Sequence record: NZ_CP015284.1
Strand: one strand, 5' to 3'
Origin: a plasmid
DNA length: 64,000 nt
Shown: in pieces, positions 10,119 to 22,409 of the stretch
Numbering within the stretch: position 1 is the stretch's first letter
Layout of the letters: the number at the start of each line of letters is the position of its first letter
Notes under the pieces: generated by a model
What the model saw: the letters and a program-made list of their open reading frames with translations, nothing else
What the model was told of the DNA's origin: nothing
The model's database searches: none
Translations under genes and position numbers: made by a program

Positions 10119-10158
10119 GAGGAAGGTAGTAACCCTAGGCTACACCTTCCTCTTTTTC
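10119..10158 (+). terminator. rho-independent terminator
   Basis: gaggaaggtagt...ctacaccttcctc hairpin followed by TTTTT. Confidence 0.6.
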
Positions 10159-10175
10159 TATGGAGGAGAAAAACA

Positions 10176-11639
10176 ATGACAAATTTACTAACAGCAGCAC
10201 AAAAAACTGCTAAAAAAGTCACTTTTCCCAAGATAAAAGAGACTGATAAAGCTGCAGATATCGTGAGAAAGTTTTGTACTTACTATGCGAATATTCGTAG
10301 ATATCAATGTCAGGAACTTTTATCTCAAGAAGTCGGAGCACTAGCAGTAGAGGTATTTGGACAGGATAATGTTTACACAGCCTATAAAGTCAAAGACATC
10401 ATGGCTGATATCGAAACCATTGGCTATGATCAAGCTCATTTTTCGAATCAACTAAAAAGACTGTTCGAGGGCTTGAGCTTGAGGGATGAAGAAAATCAAG
10501 AACACCTTTTCGGTGAACAGATTCTTCTCACATTAGATGGAAGTAGATTACCTGCTACTAAAACTGCAGAAGACACCAAACGCACTTTGTATCTTCTCAT
10601 TGTCGACGATTCAAAGGTTAGAGTACCTTTGAAGAAAAACCTAAGTTTTTGGAGAGAGAGAAATTCACAAACAAGGTATGGACTAGTATCTTTTAGCTTT
10701 CTTGAATTGATGTCTATCCATAGTGAAGGTATCTACAAGGAATGTAGTTATTATGGAAATATCCAAAAGATAGCTAACGTTCTAAAAAGAGAGTATGAAG
10801 ATGCTCTTGCAGCTAACCTAAATGCACAATATGTTAATCAGTCAACTAAGACGATAGCCAGTGTGCGTGAGGATAAAATCTTTCAAGATCATGAAATGAA
10901 CAGTAATACGTCATTTCTTGATTTAGGGTTTTCGAAAGTTGAAGTGGATACCGAGCGTTATCGAGGTAGTGATTTTGACAAGGAGAAATTCAAGGTTCTA
11001 GAGAACGAATGGGAGAAGTTGTGTAATCACTTACCTCATTCTACTGTAGAACCCGAACTCAAATTCCGGAAGCTAGGAAAACATAAAGCAAGCGGACTTT
11101 ATGTGCCAGGGTTAAATATCATGGCAGTTGATGTAAGAGATTCCTCATCCTTCATCCATGAGTATGGTCATTATTTAGACTATACGTATGATAAAGCTGG
11201 AATCATTAGTTCTACGTCTCATAGCTTTAAAGATATTCGTTATATCTACAAGGCTAGCTTGCTGAAACTTATTCAAATAGCTGAGGAAAGCAGAACGGAC
11301 TTAGCTCAAGCTGTTCATATTAAGAAGAAGTTGGATTATTATTTGACACCGACTGAAGTGTTTGCACGTGGCTTTGAATGGTGGGTTTTTGAAACTTATA
11401 CCAAAGATTCAGAACTGCTATCTGATGAAGCTACTTACTATACTCGATTAGAGTATAGGGCTTTGAGGCAATGTCGACACCTTTTGTTTGCATTTTTTGA
11501 CACGTTCTTTGAGAACTATCGTGCAATGCAACCTATTTATAAGGTTGAGAAGGAGCCAAAAACACTAGTAGCTTGTCGAAAGCCACTTGAAGATAAACCA
11601 ACAACTGAAGGAGAACAGTTAAGCTTGTTTGAGTTCTGA
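10176..11639 (+). CDS. HExxH zinc-metallopeptidase-motif protein, possibly ArdC-like antirestriction/establishment protein
   Basis: HEYGH motif followed by acidic residues. 487 aa. Conserved RBS ggaggagaaaaacaATG. Confidence 0.3.
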   Translation: MTNLLTAAQKTAKKVTFPKIKETDKAADIVRKFCTYYANIRRYQCQELLSQEVGALAVEVFGQDNVYTAYKVKDIMADIETIGYDQAHFSNQLKRLFEGLSLRDEENQEHLFGEQILLTLDGSRLPATKTAEDTKRTLYLLIVDDSKVRVPLKKNLSFWRERNSQTRYGLVSFSFLELMSIHSEGIYKECSYYGNIQKIANVLKREYEDALAANLNAQYVNQSTKTIASVREDKIFQDHEMNSNTSFLDLGFSKVEVDTERYRGSDFDKEKFKVLENEWEKLCNHLPHSTVEPELKFRKLGKHKASGLYVPGLNIMAVDVRDSSSFIHEYGHYLDYTYDKAGIISSTSHSFKDIRYIYKASLLKLIQIAEESRTDLAQAVHIKKKLDYYLTPTEVFARGFEWWVFETYTKDSELLSDEATYYTRLEYRALRQCRHLLFAFFDTFFENYRAMQPIYKVEKEPKTLVACRKPLEDKPTTEGEQLSLFEF

Positions 11640-11652
11640 GAGGAGAAAAACA

Positions 11653-12033
11653 ATGACTGAAATGACGGTCAAAAAGTATTTGGAACCTTATTACACTTTA
11701 GATAGAGTGGCATTAGGTTCAATACTAGAAACAGCTAGGAAAGAATTAGATAGACCTCTATCTCTTCAAGATGTTGCAAATAGAATTGGGGTTTTTAAAG
11801 GAACTGTCAATAATTATGAAAAAGGACGGTCTATTCCTAAAGAACCACAATTTTCGATGCTTTGTAAACTGTATAAAATTGATAAGGTTGACCTTATCAA
11901 TAAAACTACAATTCTTGATAGAGATAAGGTTCTTTCCAAACGTTACGAATTGTTGAGTACGATTCGTGAATTGCAGAAAGAAGCTGCAGAGTTAAAGCTG
12001 TTACTAGAAACTGAAAAAGGAGAAAAACAATGA
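11653..12033 (+). CDS. XRE-family helix-turn-helix transcriptional regulator
   Basis: LQDVANRIGVFKGTVNNYEKGRSIP HTH. Start chosen at ATG after the conserved gaggagaaaaacaATG motif; the track ORF starts 24 nt upstream. Confidence 0.65.
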   Translation: MTEMTVKKYLEPYYTLDRVALGSILETARKELDRPLSLQDVANRIGVFKGTVNNYEKGRSIPKEPQFSMLCKLYKIDKVDLINKTTILDRDKVLSKRYELLSTIRELQKEAAELKLLLETEKGEKQ

Positions 12034-12812
12034 TTGTAAACAATATTTTAAAAGAAGCTATCGATAATAATATCCAAGATATTACCTTCTTCCCACATGG
12101 TGAAGATTACGAGGTAGCATTTAGAACTGCTGATGTTAAACAGGTCCATGACTTCATTTCATCAGAAGATGCGGATGCTCTATTTGGTCATATTAAATTT
12201 ATAGCTGAAATGGACTTAACAGAAAAACGTTGTAGTCAGGTAAGAACTTGTGACTATGAGTTGGACGATGGTAGAGTTATTACCATTAGGATATCGACGA
12301 TAGTTAATTTTCAAGGACTAGAAACGATGTCTATCCGACTTATTCATGTGAATGAACGACGAATTTCTTTGAGTGAGTTTGATAGTAGTTGTATGGAAGA
12401 AGTGCTTAAACAAGTACGCATTCCAGGCTTACATGTCATTACTGGTCCTGTAGGTGTCGGCAAAACGACTTTAGCTTACTCGTTACTTGCTGAAGCTTTT
12501 AAAGAAGGTAAAGTAATGACAATTGAAAGACATGTCGAGATAAAAGATGTATCTTTTTGCCAGCTACAAGTCAATAAGGCTAACGGTATGGAACTGGAAA
12601 AGCTCGTGACTTTTGTATTACGCTTCAACCCTGACGTCTTGTTCATTGGTGAAGCTAATACACAAGAAGAAGTAGAAGCAGTACTTAAGGCTGTTTCTGC
12701 AGGATTAAGTGTCGTTACAACAGTTCATAAAGATGGCTTTTCAATCCCACATGATGTTTTAGAAATGAAACAAGGAAAAGATGGGAAACGAAATGTAGCT
12801 TTGATTAAATAG
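12030..12812 (+). CDS. compact PulE/GspE/ComGA-like secretion ATPase
   Basis: Walker A GPVGVGKTT, Walker B-like DVLFIGE, His-box-like SVVTTVH. N-terminal TFFPHGEDYEVAFRT resembles the ComGA/PilB N-domain. Only 260 aa. Confidence 0.5.
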   Translation: MIVNNILKEAIDNNIQDITFFPHGEDYEVAFRTADVKQVHDFISSEDADALFGHIKFIAEMDLTEKRCSQVRTCDYELDDGRVITIRISTIVNFQGLETMSIRLIHVNERRISLSEFDSSCMEEVLKQVRIPGLHVITGPVGVGKTTLAYSLLAEAFKEGKVMTIERHVEIKDVSFCQLQVNKANGMELEKLVTFVLRFNPDVLFIGEANTQEEVEAVLKAVSAGLSVVTTVHKDGFSIPHDVLEMKQGKDGKRNVALIK

Positions 12813-12824
12813 AGGAGAAAAACA

Positions 12825-13286
12825 ATGACGATGGAAATTAATGATTTTGACCGCTTCATGGCAGTAAGCCATTTTGATGATGAAATGGCGGAAGCTCACA
12901 CACCGACTGAGGATGCTATTCATAATTGGGTAGTTGATAATCAAGAGGATGATGAGCTGATTGCTGGGATTCTCAAACATCTTGATCGTACGATTAAGGA
13001 TGCTATGGCTTACTGCATCAGAAAAGCCAGTAAATCTGACTATAGAGAGGGTCAGGGTGCTATGGTTGATGATGCCACAGTCTTTTCTTGGGTTAAAGAG
13101 TATTTTACCGCTGAAAAGGTTGAGACTAAACCAGTTGTAGGTAAAATGACTACTGGTAGTAAGAAATCAACCAAGCAACCAACGAAGAAGCCAAAAAAGA
13201 AAAAACCAACTAAGAAAACTCCTGAAAAGGATGAGAAACAGTTAGATCTTTTTTCGGATTTATCTATTGAAGAAGGCGAATTTTAA
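12825..13286 (+). CDS. hypothetical protein, acidic N-terminus and Lys/Pro-rich tail
   Basis: ORF with conserved RBS motif. KKPKKKKPTKK tail. Confidence 0.45.
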   Translation: MTMEINDFDRFMAVSHFDDEMAEAHTPTEDAIHNWVVDNQEDDELIAGILKHLDRTIKDAMAYCIRKASKSDYREGQGAMVDDATVFSWVKEYFTAEKVETKPVVGKMTTGSKKSTKQPTKKPKKKKPTKKTPEKDEKQLDLFSDLSIEEGEF

Positions 13287-13299
13287 CAACAATAAATAG

Positions 13300-13327
13300 A
13301 AAAATGGTCCTAGGGCCATTTTTTATT
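13300..13327 (+). terminator. rho-independent terminator
   Basis: aaatggtcctagggccatttttt. Confidence 0.55.
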
Positions 13328-13345
13328 AATTAAGGAGAAAAAACA

Positions 13346-14893
13346 ATGACAAAAGCAGAGAATATTCAAGAAATCGTAGATAATCGTTTAAAAGTTCCTA
13401 ACGGATTTTTCAAATGGGCGAAGAATGATTTTCCTATCTATGAATGGTCAAATAAGTCTAAGACAATTATCTCTTCCGACCGAAAAAAATTCTCGGAAAA
13501 GGTTACAAAACGTTTATCACTTAACAGCCGTTTAACCTTTGTAGGTGATACTTTTTACTATGTCTGGATGGGAGTCACAAAGAAACGTATTGAAATGCAG
13601 ATGTATTCTGTGACTCAATCCTTCGAAAAAGGAAAAGAAAAGTTCAAAGTCAGACTTTACAACTTTTATCAGCTTGCCAACAATAAGATTGTTAAAGCAC
13701 ACCGGGATCCATTTCTTTCAGCCCAAAAAGGTAAAGATATCTATAGAAGTGGATTCCAAAATCAGAGGAATGCTCTCTTTTTTGGTTCTGGTGCATTTAG
13801 TGTCTATACGCTTTATGGGGATATGGAAAGTCTTATTCAGAAATTACAAACAAAGTCTGAGTTGAGATATTTAGATTTTGGACAAGTGATTAAAGATAAT
13901 TTTGAGATAAGCTTAGTACTACCTCATCTCTATAAATATAGAGAACGCATTGAATTCGCTCAAAAAATCAAGGCGCGTGGAATCGTCAAAGACTTGGTGG
14001 GGTCTACTTTTTATAGGTCTTATTACTCATCTAGTCTAGGACATGGTCATGCAAATATGGGTAAGGTTACCATGAACTTTCTTAAAAGGAATAAACCGTT
14101 TCTAAAAAATACGGATATGAATGTTGAAAAGGCATTTTTTGAGGAAGATTTGCGTAAACGATATGGTCGAACTTTCAAGGGGTTATACGAGTTGCTTCCA
14201 AACGCTATGATTTCTGACAAGAAGCCACTAATTAAGCGTTTGGAAAGTATCTTACCATCCACTGTGAAACCAATTCGTTTTATTAACTGGATGATGAAAA
14301 ACAATATCTCCCTTCGTGATTATGAGGACTATCAAGAAATGGTAGAAGCTCTGGGAATTCCATTTGATGGAGATTATGTAGTTATCCCAAAAAATTGGGA
14401 AAACAAACATACAGAGATCGTAGAAAATTATTCAACTTTTCTCGAGAATCAACAAGCACGTGGTACATATTTACGTGTAACTAATGCTGTCAGAGATTTG
14501 AGAGCAGAGAAACAACGCCTTGAGGACGAAAAGAAAGAGGCGAAGTTGAGGGTTGAAACAGCTAAACGTTTGACAAACATGATGAAGGCTCAGACCGCAT
14601 TTGACAAGTATGCTTTTATCTTTCCTAAAGACGAAAGTGAAATTGTCAAAGAAGGCAAAACCCTACATCATTGTGTTGGAAGTTATGCAAAAAAACACTT
14701 TGTATACGGAACTTCTATTATTGTCTTTGTTCGTGATAAAGAACACAGAGAAACCCCTCTCTATACTCTTGAATTGAAGAACAATAGGATTATTCAACTG
14801 AAAGGAGAAAGGAACAAATCCGCAGATGAAGAGGCAAAGAAAGAAGCAGAACTATTTTTAGCCCATTGTGGAAAGCTTAACATTCAGTTTTAG
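13346..14893 (+). CDS. conjugative-plasmid-associated protein of unknown function (possibly PcfJ-like)
   Basis: 515 aa. C-terminal HHCVGSY...GERNKS region. Family assignment from memory only. Confidence 0.3.
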   Translation: MTKAENIQEIVDNRLKVPNGFFKWAKNDFPIYEWSNKSKTIISSDRKKFSEKVTKRLSLNSRLTFVGDTFYYVWMGVTKKRIEMQMYSVTQSFEKGKEKFKVRLYNFYQLANNKIVKAHRDPFLSAQKGKDIYRSGFQNQRNALFFGSGAFSVYTLYGDMESLIQKLQTKSELRYLDFGQVIKDNFEISLVLPHLYKYRERIEFAQKIKARGIVKDLVGSTFYRSYYSSSLGHGHANMGKVTMNFLKRNKPFLKNTDMNVEKAFFEEDLRKRYGRTFKGLYELLPNAMISDKKPLIKRLESILPSTVKPIRFINWMMKNNISLRDYEDYQEMVEALGIPFDGDYVVIPKNWENKHTEIVENYSTFLENQQARGTYLRVTNAVRDLRAEKQRLEDEKKEAKLRVETAKRLTNMMKAQTAFDKYAFIFPKDESEIVKEGKTLHHCVGSYAKKHFVYGTSIIVFVRDKEHRETPLYTLELKNNRIIQLKGERNKSADEEAKKEAELFLAHCGKLNIQF

Positions 14894-15009
14894 ATAAGAG
14901 GAGAAAAATAGAATCGTCAATAGGTTATTAGTCAATCTCGAATTTTCTGTGCTATACTAAAGAAAACATTAGATGTATTCTCTAGTAAAATGCTGGGAGG
15001 ACAATAGTT

Positions 15010-15357
15010 ATGAAATTGACTATTATTATATATAACAACAAAAGGATGGTTGGGAAATACCTAGTTGATACGGTTAGTGAGACTATAGAAACGTTTGTAA
15101 GAAAAGATGATTATCTGTTAAATACAGAATTCACTTATGAACGGATGGTAGACTTTCTAAAAGGGCGTCAAATTGATTTTGGTCGAAAAAATCGAAAAGA
15201 GCTTTTAGGCTATACTTATAAAGCTCCAGATGTCTGGCATGAAATTGCCATGACACACGGTTTTGATACCGATGATTTTTATTGGGTATCAATACCAGAA
15301 CTCAACGATGAACCGTTTGTTTTAGAAGACCATCATCCTAACTTAGGAAGACGATAA
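15010..15357 (+). CDS. hypothetical protein
   Basis: 115-aa ORF followed by a terminator. Confidence 0.4.
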   Translation: MKLTIIIYNNKRMVGKYLVDTVSETIETFVRKDDYLLNTEFTYERMVDFLKGRQIDFGRKNRKELLGYTYKAPDVWHEIAMTHGFDTDDFYWVSIPELNDEPFVLEDHHPNLGRR

Positions 15358-15378
15358 ACAATTATTTTAACGAAAAAG

Positions 15379-15411
15379 AAAGACTTGGTATTGTACCAGG
15401 TCTTTTTTTGT
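15379..15411 (+). terminator. rho-independent terminator
   Basis: agacttggtattgtaccaggtct + TTTTTTT. Confidence 0.6.
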
Positions 15412-15431
15412 TTTAAGGAGAAAGAACAACA

Positions 15432-18400
15432 ATGGAAGAACAAAAAAATAATACTAAAACAATGACTAAAGCAGAAAAGGTTCAAGCTAACCTTTCTGCT
15501 ATTAAACTTGTGAAAGCACTCGAAGCAGATAACCGTCTAGCTGATAGTGCCGAACAAGAAATTCTCTCTAACTATGTTGGTTGGGGAGGACTTGCTAACG
15601 ATTTCTTTGATAGTAAGATTAATCGTTTTGCAAAAGAACGTGATGAGCTAAAAAGTCTTGTCACTAAAGAAGAATATCGTGCGATGGAAATGAGCTCCTT
15701 GACGGCTTACTACACAAGTCCAGAGATTGCTACTGCAATGTGGGATAAGATTGTAGAAAGTGGTTTTAAAGGAGGTAATATTCTTGATCCATCAATGGGT
15801 ACTGGTATCTTCTTTGAAACAATGCCAGAGGACATCAAGAAGAATTCTACACTTTATGGAATTGAACTTGATACCATTACTGGTGCTATTGCTAAACACC
15901 TTCATCAAGATGCTACTGTTTTAGTCCAAGGATTTGAAACAGTAAACTTTGAAGGGACCCCATTTGACTTGGTCATTACGAATGTTCCATTTGCGGATGT
16001 TCGCATTGTCGATAAGGCTTATGATAATAAACCTTATCGTATTCATGATTACTTCTTTAAGAAAGCTATCGATTTGGTACCCTATCATGGGATGGTTGCT
16101 GCTATCACTTCAACTGGTACTGCAGATAAGAGTGCTGGTTCAATTCTGCCAGAACTCCGTCGTAGCGGAACTCAGTTTTTAGGTGGTGTCCGCTTACCAA
16201 ATACTGCTTTTAAAGATGCTGGAACACGAGTGGTAACAGATATCCTATTTTTCCAAAAAGGAGCTTTTATCCCTGTTCCCGATAATAATATCGACTTTTG
16301 GTCTTCAGATAGAAATAAACTCCCCTTTGATAAACGTGTCTCACTCAATCCCTATTTCTTCCAGGATGCTATTTGTAAAAATCCTTGTGTCCTAGGTGAT
16401 TATCAGGTACGTAATTTCAATGGTGGAACACTGGATCTTGTGGTAGATAGCTCTTTTGACTTAGCTTCAGAGCTTCAAGAAGCACTATCAAAAGTAACAG
16501 TGCCTTTCGAAGTAGAGAGACTAGAACCTCGTGATATTATCCTTAAAGAAGAAGTGAATCATCTTGACCAAGGCTTACTTACTTCACTTGATATTCGATT
16601 GAATGAGTATGCTTGTGATAAAAATGGGCGTGTCTATTATCGTGATAACACGTCTATCCGTCCTAGCTCACGCGCAGCTGAAATGATTTTTTATCAAGAC
16701 GAACAAGGACAGTTCGTAAAATACGATGATAAATACAAAGAAGAAGCCATTTTAGACTTTGAAGCAGCAGTAGAAGCAGACCCTAATATTGTTACAAATA
16801 CATGGGTAAGTCAAACACCTTCTAAAGCAGCTAAAAGTAAAGGGCTTTACAAAGGTATTTATTTCTATGAAACACCCCTTACGGATACAGAAAACAAGCG
16901 TATCCGTGGCATGGTTGCTATCAAAAATGCTTATCAAGCCATTATTGATATTCAAATGACGACAGACTATGATGAAGGGAAATTCAAACAACTGCTTGCA
17001 ACACTTAATCAAGCCTACGATACTTTCAAGAAGAAGTATGGTTATATCAATCAAGCGGTGAATGCTCGCCTCTTTGACCGAGATGACCGTTATCCTCTTA
17101 TCGCTAGTCTTGAATTAGAGGAGTTGGACGAGAATGACAGCTCAAAGGTAGTCTTTGTGAAGTCAGATGCTTTTAAAAAGCCAACTATTCGTCCTAAAAA
17201 ACACCTCCATCAAGTGATGTCAGCAGTAGAAGCTTTGAATGTGTCGCTTTCAGAAGGTCGTGGCGTTGATTTGAACCTCATGAGTTCTGTCTATCCAGAT
17301 GTTTCAGAAGATATGATGATTTCAGAACTAGGTGAGACAGTGATGATTGATGTGGAACGCTATATTGATGATAAGACTGTACACTATGTTACTAAGGATA
17401 AATTCCTTTCCGGTGATGTTCTTGCTAAACGTGATTGCATTAACTCTCTCATTGAAGACGGAGATACACAAGCGGATTGGGAACGATATTTGGAATTGAT
17501 TTTATCTGTTGTACCAGAACCAGTTGTCTTATCTGATATTGATTTCAGCATTGGTTCTAGCTGGATTCCTAGTAACGTCGTTTCTCAATGGGTGTTTAGT
17601 GAATTGTTGGATGAAAAGGTTGGTCTCCATTCTGAAGAAGCTAAATCACTATTAGTGACATCCAGAATCGGACGAGGTTTCAACGAACGCTTGTTAAACT
17701 GCTATATGAGTCGTCAATCTAACCTTCGTTTAGGTCTACGTGATGAGTACAATAAAAGCTACTCACACGCAACAGATATTGTGGCTCACTTGCTTACAAG
17801 TAATCAACCAACAATCATGCGTAACTTTGGTACGACTGAAAATCCTGTACGTAAGGTTGATGAAGTGGCAACAGCAAACCTACGTGAGTGTGAGCGTGTT
17901 CTACAAGAAAGCTTTAAGAACTTTATTCATGAAAACCCAACAGTTCAAGAAGTGATTGAGGATACCTACAATGAAGTCTTTAATCGCTATGTGACACGTC
18001 AATATGATGGAAGTCTCTTGGAATTTGATGGGTTGGCTAAAGGAGTAGAGCTTCGCCCTCACCAAAAAAATGCGGTACAACGTATTCTTGAAGAGAGACG
18101 TGCACTACTTGCTCACGAAGTGGGTACTGGTAAGACACTAACCATGATTTCTGCAGCTTTCAAGATGAAAGAACTAGGGCTTATTCATAAACCATTGTTT
18201 GTGGTTCCATCTAGTCTAACAGCACAATTTGGTCAAGAAATTATGCGTTTCTACCCTACCAAGAAAGTGTTTGTTACGACTGAGCAGGACTTTGAAAAGT
18301 CACGTCGTCGCTTGTTCGTTTCTCGTATTCTAACGAGCGACTATGATGGTATTGTGATTGGGCATTCTCAATTTGAGAAAGTTCGTGTCTCACAAGAACG

Positions 18401-20948
18401 TGAACAAGCCTTTATTTCGGAAAAGATTGATGAGCTTGATGAGATCATTAGTTACGCAAAAGCTAATGATGACAAAATCACTTTTAAGCAAGCACAATCT
18501 ATGCGTAGAAGTCTTGAGGCAAGCTTAGAAACGTTGCTTGAAAACAAGACTGGTATTGATGAGTTTATCAACTTTGAAAGCCTTGGTATTGATATGCTCT
18601 TTGTTGATGAAGCCCACGGGTACAAGAATGTCCGTCCTATGACACGTTTGGGGAACGTTGCTGGTATTACCAACCGTACCTCAAAAAAGAATATGGATAT
18701 GGAAATGAAGGTGCGCGTGCTTCAAGAAGAGCATGATACACGTCACGTTGTCTTTGCGACTGGAACACCAGTTTCCAACTCTATTAGCGAAATGTATACG
18801 ATGATGAATTATCTTCAACCAGATGTCATGGAACATTTTGGTGTCAGTTTCTTTGATGCTTGGGTTGGTGCGTTTGGGATTGTTGAGAATAGTCTTGAGC
18901 TTAACCCTACTGGAGACAAGTATATTTCACGTAAACGCTTTGCTAAATTTATGAATCTCCCTGAGCTGATGGCGATTTACCGTCAGACTGCAGATATCCA
19001 AATGACTGAAGACCTTAATCTTCCAGTTCCTATGGTAGAAAAGGTAGCGGTTGAAAGTCAGTTGACGGATAACCAAAAAGTTTATTTGGATGAGCTTGTA
19101 GAACGCTCAGACCGAGTTAAAAATGGGAGTGTAGATCCTAGTGAAGATAACATGCTTAAAATCACTAGTGAAGCCAGAAAGTTGGCTTTAGATATGCGTT
19201 TGCTTGATGCAGAGCTCTATGTAAGAGCTGATGCAGACAAACTTATGCAAGTGGTTGAGCGAGTGGATAAGATTTATCACATGGAAGCTAAGCATAAAGG
19301 GACACAGATGATTTTCTCTGACCTTGGAACTCCTAATGGCAAAGGTTTCTCTGTTTATCAAGAGTTGAAAGATTTGCTTGTTGAACGTGGGATTCCAGAA
19401 GAAGAGATTGCTTTTATTCACGATGCTGCTAACAAAAAGGCTAAGCTCCAACTTCAACGTCAAATGAATGCTGGTGAGATTCGTATTCTCATGGCCTCAA
19501 CGGAAAAAGGGGGAACCGGTCTTAACGTACAACGTCGTATGAAAGCTGTTCATCACCTCGATGTGCCTTGGAAACCGTCTGATATTATCCAACGTAATGG
19601 ACGTTTGGTTCGTCAAGGAAATATCTATCGTAAGGTAAATATTTTCCACTATATCACTAAAGGAAGCTTTGATAACTACCTTTGGCAGATTCAAGAAACA
19701 AAGCTTCGTTATATTACTCAAATCATGACCAGTCGTACACCGATGCGAGCTTCAGAGGATATTGACGAGCAAACACTCTCAGCCTCTGAATTTAAAGCTA
19801 TTGCGACAGGTAATCCATATCTTAAACTTAAGATGGAACTTGATAACGAATTTGAGTTGTTGTCTAATCGTCGTAAGGCTTGGAAACGTGATATTGCTTT
19901 GTCTCAAAAACGTATTAAGCAGGCCCTTAAAGATAAGGCAATTTACGAGAAGAAACTTTCTCTATTAGTCCAGGATAAAGAGCTTGCAGAAAAGACAAGA
20001 CCTTGGAAAGAAGTGGTTGAAAAAGAAGATGGTAAGAAATATGAGGTTGAGCATAACCCATTTGTTATGACATTTGAACCAGATGGATACGAAGCAACTA
20101 AGAAAGATGTTGCAGGGAATCAACTGAACTATGCTATGCAGATGAATGTTGCCGCTGATCCACTCCATATGAAAATGACAACCCTTGCTCATTATCGTGG
20201 TTTTGTCCTTCGTGCGTTGGAACAAAAATCACCTTGGCAACCAGAACGCATGCTTGACTTGCATATTATTGGTCAAAATAGCTATGCTGTTCGTCTAGAC
20301 TTTGCGAGTGGTATTGGGACTATCCAGCGTATCAACAATGTTATTGATGGTATGGATAAACAAGCCAAACTCTTACAGGAAAACATTGAACGTTGTTCAG
20401 AAACTATTAAGCGAGGAGAAGCTGCAGATGTTTTTGCAGACCAAGCTCGTCTTGACTATGTATCAGCAAAACGTGCCATTGTTAATCCTCTTATCGAAGT
20501 AGAGGACGAGTCTAAGAAGCCTACTGTAGAACAAATTGAAGAAGCAATCAATGCTTTTGACTTGCGTTATAAGGCAGACCATCCAGAAATGGATGAGGAC
20601 TCAGATGTAAAAGTTAGCTCAATCACTGAGGAATATAGTACTAGCTATGATCCTGATGAAGAAAGCGAACTTGTTGAAGCTATCGATGAGTCAGTAGATG
20701 AAGCAGAAACTGCCTTCGAGGAAGAAGAAGTAGTTGCTAAAGAAACCGTTGAAGAAACGACTCATGTTGTTGTTTCACAAGAAGTTCTTGATATGGCTGA
20801 TGACTTCCTAGAAAGTATTTCTGAACTCTTTGGAATGACTGAAGAACATAATGATAATGTTGCTACAGAAGTAGTTTCTGAAACCTCTGTTAATGAGGTA
20901 GAAAAAGTAGAAGTTTACGAAGAAATTTCACTATTTGACTTTGTTTAA
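15432..20948 (+). CDS. DarB-like antirestriction protein: N6-adenine DNA methyltransferase fused to SNF2/DEAH helicase, acidic C-terminal tail
   Basis: NVPF (motif IV-like) in the N-terminal MTase region. Helicase motifs [11 protein letters not shown] (I), VDEAHGYKN (II), [11 protein letters not shown] (VI). 1838 aa; last about 150 aa extremely acidic. Confidence 0.75.
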   Translation: MEEQKNNTKTMTKAEKVQANLSAIKLVKALEADNRLADSAEQEILSNYVGWGGLANDFFDSKINRFAKERDELKSLVTKEEYRAMEMSSLTAYYTSPEIATAMWDKIVESGFKGGNILDPSMGTGIFFETMPEDIKKNSTLYGIELDTITGAIAKHLHQDATVLVQGFETVNFEGTPFDLVITNVPFADVRIVDKAYDNKPYRIHDYFFKKAIDLVPYHGMVAAITSTGTADKSAGSILPELRRSGTQFLGGVRLPNTAFKDAGTRVVTDILFFQKGAFIPVPDNNIDFWSSDRNKLPFDKRVSLNPYFFQDAICKNPCVLGDYQVRNFNGGTLDLVVDSSFDLASELQEALSKVTVPFEVERLEPRDIILKEEVNHLDQGLLTSLDIRLNEYACDKNGRVYYRDNTSIRPSSRAAEMIFYQDEQGQFVKYDDKYKEEAILDFEAAVEADPNIVTNTWVSQTPSKAAKSKGLYKGIYFYETPLTDTENKRIRGMVAIKNAYQAIIDIQMTTDYDEGKFKQLLATLNQAYDTFKKKYGYINQAVNARLFDRDDRYPLIASLELEELDENDSSKVVFVKSDAFKKPTIRPKKHLHQVMSAVEALNVSLSEGRGVDLNLMSSVYPDVSEDMMISELGETVMIDVERYIDDKTVHYVTKDKFLSGDVLAKRDCINSLIEDGDTQADWERYLELILSVVPEPVVLSDIDFSIGSSWIPSNVVSQWVFSELLDEKVGLHSEEAKSLLVTSRIGRGFNERLLNCYMSRQSNLRLGLRDEYNKSYSHATDIVAHLLTSNQPTIMRNFGTTENPVRKVDEVATANLRECERVLQESFKNFIHENPTVQEVIEDTYNEVFNRYVTRQYDGSLLEFDGLAKGVELRPHQKNAVQRILEERRALLAHEVGTGKTLTMISAAFKMKELGLIHKPLFVVPSSLTAQFGQEIMRFYPTKKVFVTTEQDFEKSRRRLFVSRILTSDYDGIVIGHSQFEKVRVSQEREQAFISEKIDELDEIISYAKANDDKITFKQAQSMRRSLEASLETLLENKTGIDEFINFESLGIDMLFVDEAHGYKNVRPMTRLGNVAGITNRTSKKNMDMEMKVRVLQEEHDTRHVVFATGTPVSNSISEMYTMMNYLQPDVMEHFGVSFFDAWVGAFGIVENSLELNPTGDKYISRKRFAKFMNLPELMAIYRQTADIQMTEDLNLPVPMVEKVAVESQLTDNQKVYLDELVERSDRVKNGSVDPSEDNMLKITSEARKLALDMRLLDAELYVRADADKLMQVVERVDKIYHMEAKHKGTQMIFSDLGTPNGKGFSVYQELKDLLVERGIPEEEIAFIHDAANKKAKLQLQRQMNAGEIRILMASTEKGGTGLNVQRRMKAVHHLDVPWKPSDIIQRNGRLVRQGNIYRKVNIFHYITKGSFDNYLWQIQETKLRYITQIMTSRTPMRASEDIDEQTLSASEFKAIATGNPYLKLKMELDNEFELLSNRRKAWKRDIALSQKRIKQALKDKAIYEKKLSLLVQDKELAEKTRPWKEVVEKEDGKKYEVEHNPFVMTFEPDGYEATKKDVAGNQLNYAMQMNVAADPLHMKMTTLAHYRGFVLRALEQKSPWQPERMLDLHIIGQNSYAVRLDFASGIGTIQRINNVIDGMDKQAKLLQENIERCSETIKRGEAADVFADQARLDYVSAKRAIVNPLIEVEDESKKPTVEQIEEAINAFDLRYKADHPEMDEDSDVKVSSITEEYSTSYDPDEESELVEAIDESVDEAETAFEEEEVVAKETVEETTHVVVSQEVLDMADDFLESISELFGMTEEHNDNVATEVVSETSVNEVEKVEVYEEISLFDFV

Positions 20949-21057
20949 AATGCGAAGGGTATTGTTAGTATCACTTTTGCAGCATAAAAACACCCTATTT
21001 TTGAACTGCACCCCAAAAGTTAGACAGAAAAAATCTAACTTTTGAGGTGTTTTTATT

Positions 21058-21594
21058 ATGAAATTAACTTATGAGGACAAGATTCAGATATATATACTGA
21101 GAAAACAGGGGAGAAGCTTCAAAGAGCTTTCAAAAAGATTTGGTGTGGATGTTTCTGGACTAAAATATATGGTGAGGTTGATTGAACGTTACGGAATAGA
21201 AATCGTCAAAAAAGGGAAGAATCGTTACTATTCTCCCGAATTAAAGGAAGAAATAATTAATAACGTTCTGCTTAAAGGTCGTTCACTAAGAAGTGTATCT
21301 TTAGATTATGCTCTACCCAATCCTTCTCTGTTGAAAAATTGGATAGCACAATACAAGAAAAATGGGTATACTATTGTTGAAAAAACAAGAGAGAGAGTAC
21401 CTAAAATGGGACGTAAACGTAAGAAAACTTGGGAAGAAATGACAGAACTAGAGCGACTCCAAGAGGAGAATGAACGCCTACGTACCGAGGTGGCCTACCT
21501 AAAAAAGTTAAAAGAGCTAGAAGACAGGGACGAAGCCATACAGCGAGAAAGGCAGAGACAATTAGAAAAATGGTTTCAGGAGGATTTCGACTAG
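21058..21594 (+). CDS. IS3-family transposase OrfA (HTH/leucine zipper)
   Basis: 178 aa, HTH and coiled-coil region. Overlaps orfB by 25 nt. Confidence 0.75.
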   Translation: MKLTYEDKIQIYILRKQGRSFKELSKRFGVDVSGLKYMVRLIERYGIEIVKKGKNRYYSPELKEEIINNVLLKGRSLRSVSLDYALPNPSLLKNWIAQYKKNGYTIVEKTRERVPKMGRKRKKTWEEMTELERLQEENERLRTEVAYLKKLKELEDRDEAIQRERQRQLEKWFQEDFD

Positions 21595-22409
21595 ATTTAC
21601 TTCTTGAAACGGCTGGTTTAGCTCGCTCAACTTACTACTATCAGTTGAAACAACTAGATGGATTTGACAAAGATAAAGAGCTTAAAGCTGAAATTCAATC
21701 AATTTATTGTGAGCATAAAGGAAATTACGGCTATCGTCGAATGACTCTTGAATTGAGAAATCGTGGCTTCATGGTAAATCATAAGAAAGTGCAACGTCTG
21801 ATGAAGGTTCTTGGTTTAAGTGCTCGAATTCGTCGTAAACGTAAGTATTCTTCATATCAAGGAGAGGTTGGTAAGAAAGCAGAGAATCTCATTCAACGCC
21901 AGTTTGAAGCATCAAAACCAATGGAAAAGTGCTACACAGATGTGACAGAGTTTGCCATTCCAAATAGCACACAGAAATTGTATTTATCGCCTGTTTTAGA
22001 TGGCTTTAACAGCGAAATTATTGCCTATAATCTCTCAACTTCACCAAACTTAAAACAAGTGAAAGCTATGTTAGACCAGGCCTTCACAGAGGAGCATTAC
22101 GAAAATACAATTCTCCATAGTGACCACGGTTGGCAATCCCAACATCAGTATTATCATCAATTTTTAGAGGATAAAGGGATCCAACCGTCCATGTCACGTA
22201 AGGGAAATAGTCCAGACAATGGTATGATGGAGTCCTTCTTTGGCATTCTTAAGTCTGAGATGTTTTATGGTTATGAGAAGACGTTTCACTCACTTGAGCA
22301 ATTGGAACAAGCTATTGTAGACTATATTGATTATTACAACAACAAACGAATTAAGGTAAAATTAAAAGGACTCAGTCCTGTGCAATACAGAACTAAATCC
22401 TTTGGATAA
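21570..22409 (+). CDS. IS3-family transposase OrfB (DDE/rve integrase domain)
   Basis: HSDHGWQSQ...[15 protein letters not shown] motifs. Confidence 0.8.
   Translation: MVSGGFRLDLLLETAGLARSTYYYQLKQLDGFDKDKELKAEIQSIYCEHKGNYGYRRMTLELRNRGFMVNHKKVQRLMKVLGLSARIRRKRKYSSYQGEVGKKAENLIQRQFEASKPMEKCYTDVTEFAIPNSTQKLYLSPVLDGFNSEIIAYNLSTSPNLKQVKAMLDQAFTEEHYENTILHSDHGWQSQHQYYHQFLEDKGIQPSMSRKGNSPDNGMMESFFGILKSEMFYGYEKTFHSLEQLEQAIVDYIDYYNNKRIKVKLKGLSPVQYRTKSFG

Noticed and set aside
8740-20948. Self-transmissible ICE or conjugative plasmid
   Set aside because: Primase, antirestriction-like and PcfJ-like genes are present, but no VirB4/VirD4/relaxase homolog is recognisable in the window. The stand-alone PulE-like ATPase is too small to be VirB4. 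This is at best a leading-region or mobilisable module.
21560-21600. Canonical A-AAA-AAG slippery heptamer for the IS3 orfA/orfB frameshift
   Set aside because: The overlap region reads agaaaaatggtttcagg and I could not find a canonical heptamer. Frameshifting is likely from family knowledge, but the exact site is not supported by what I can see.
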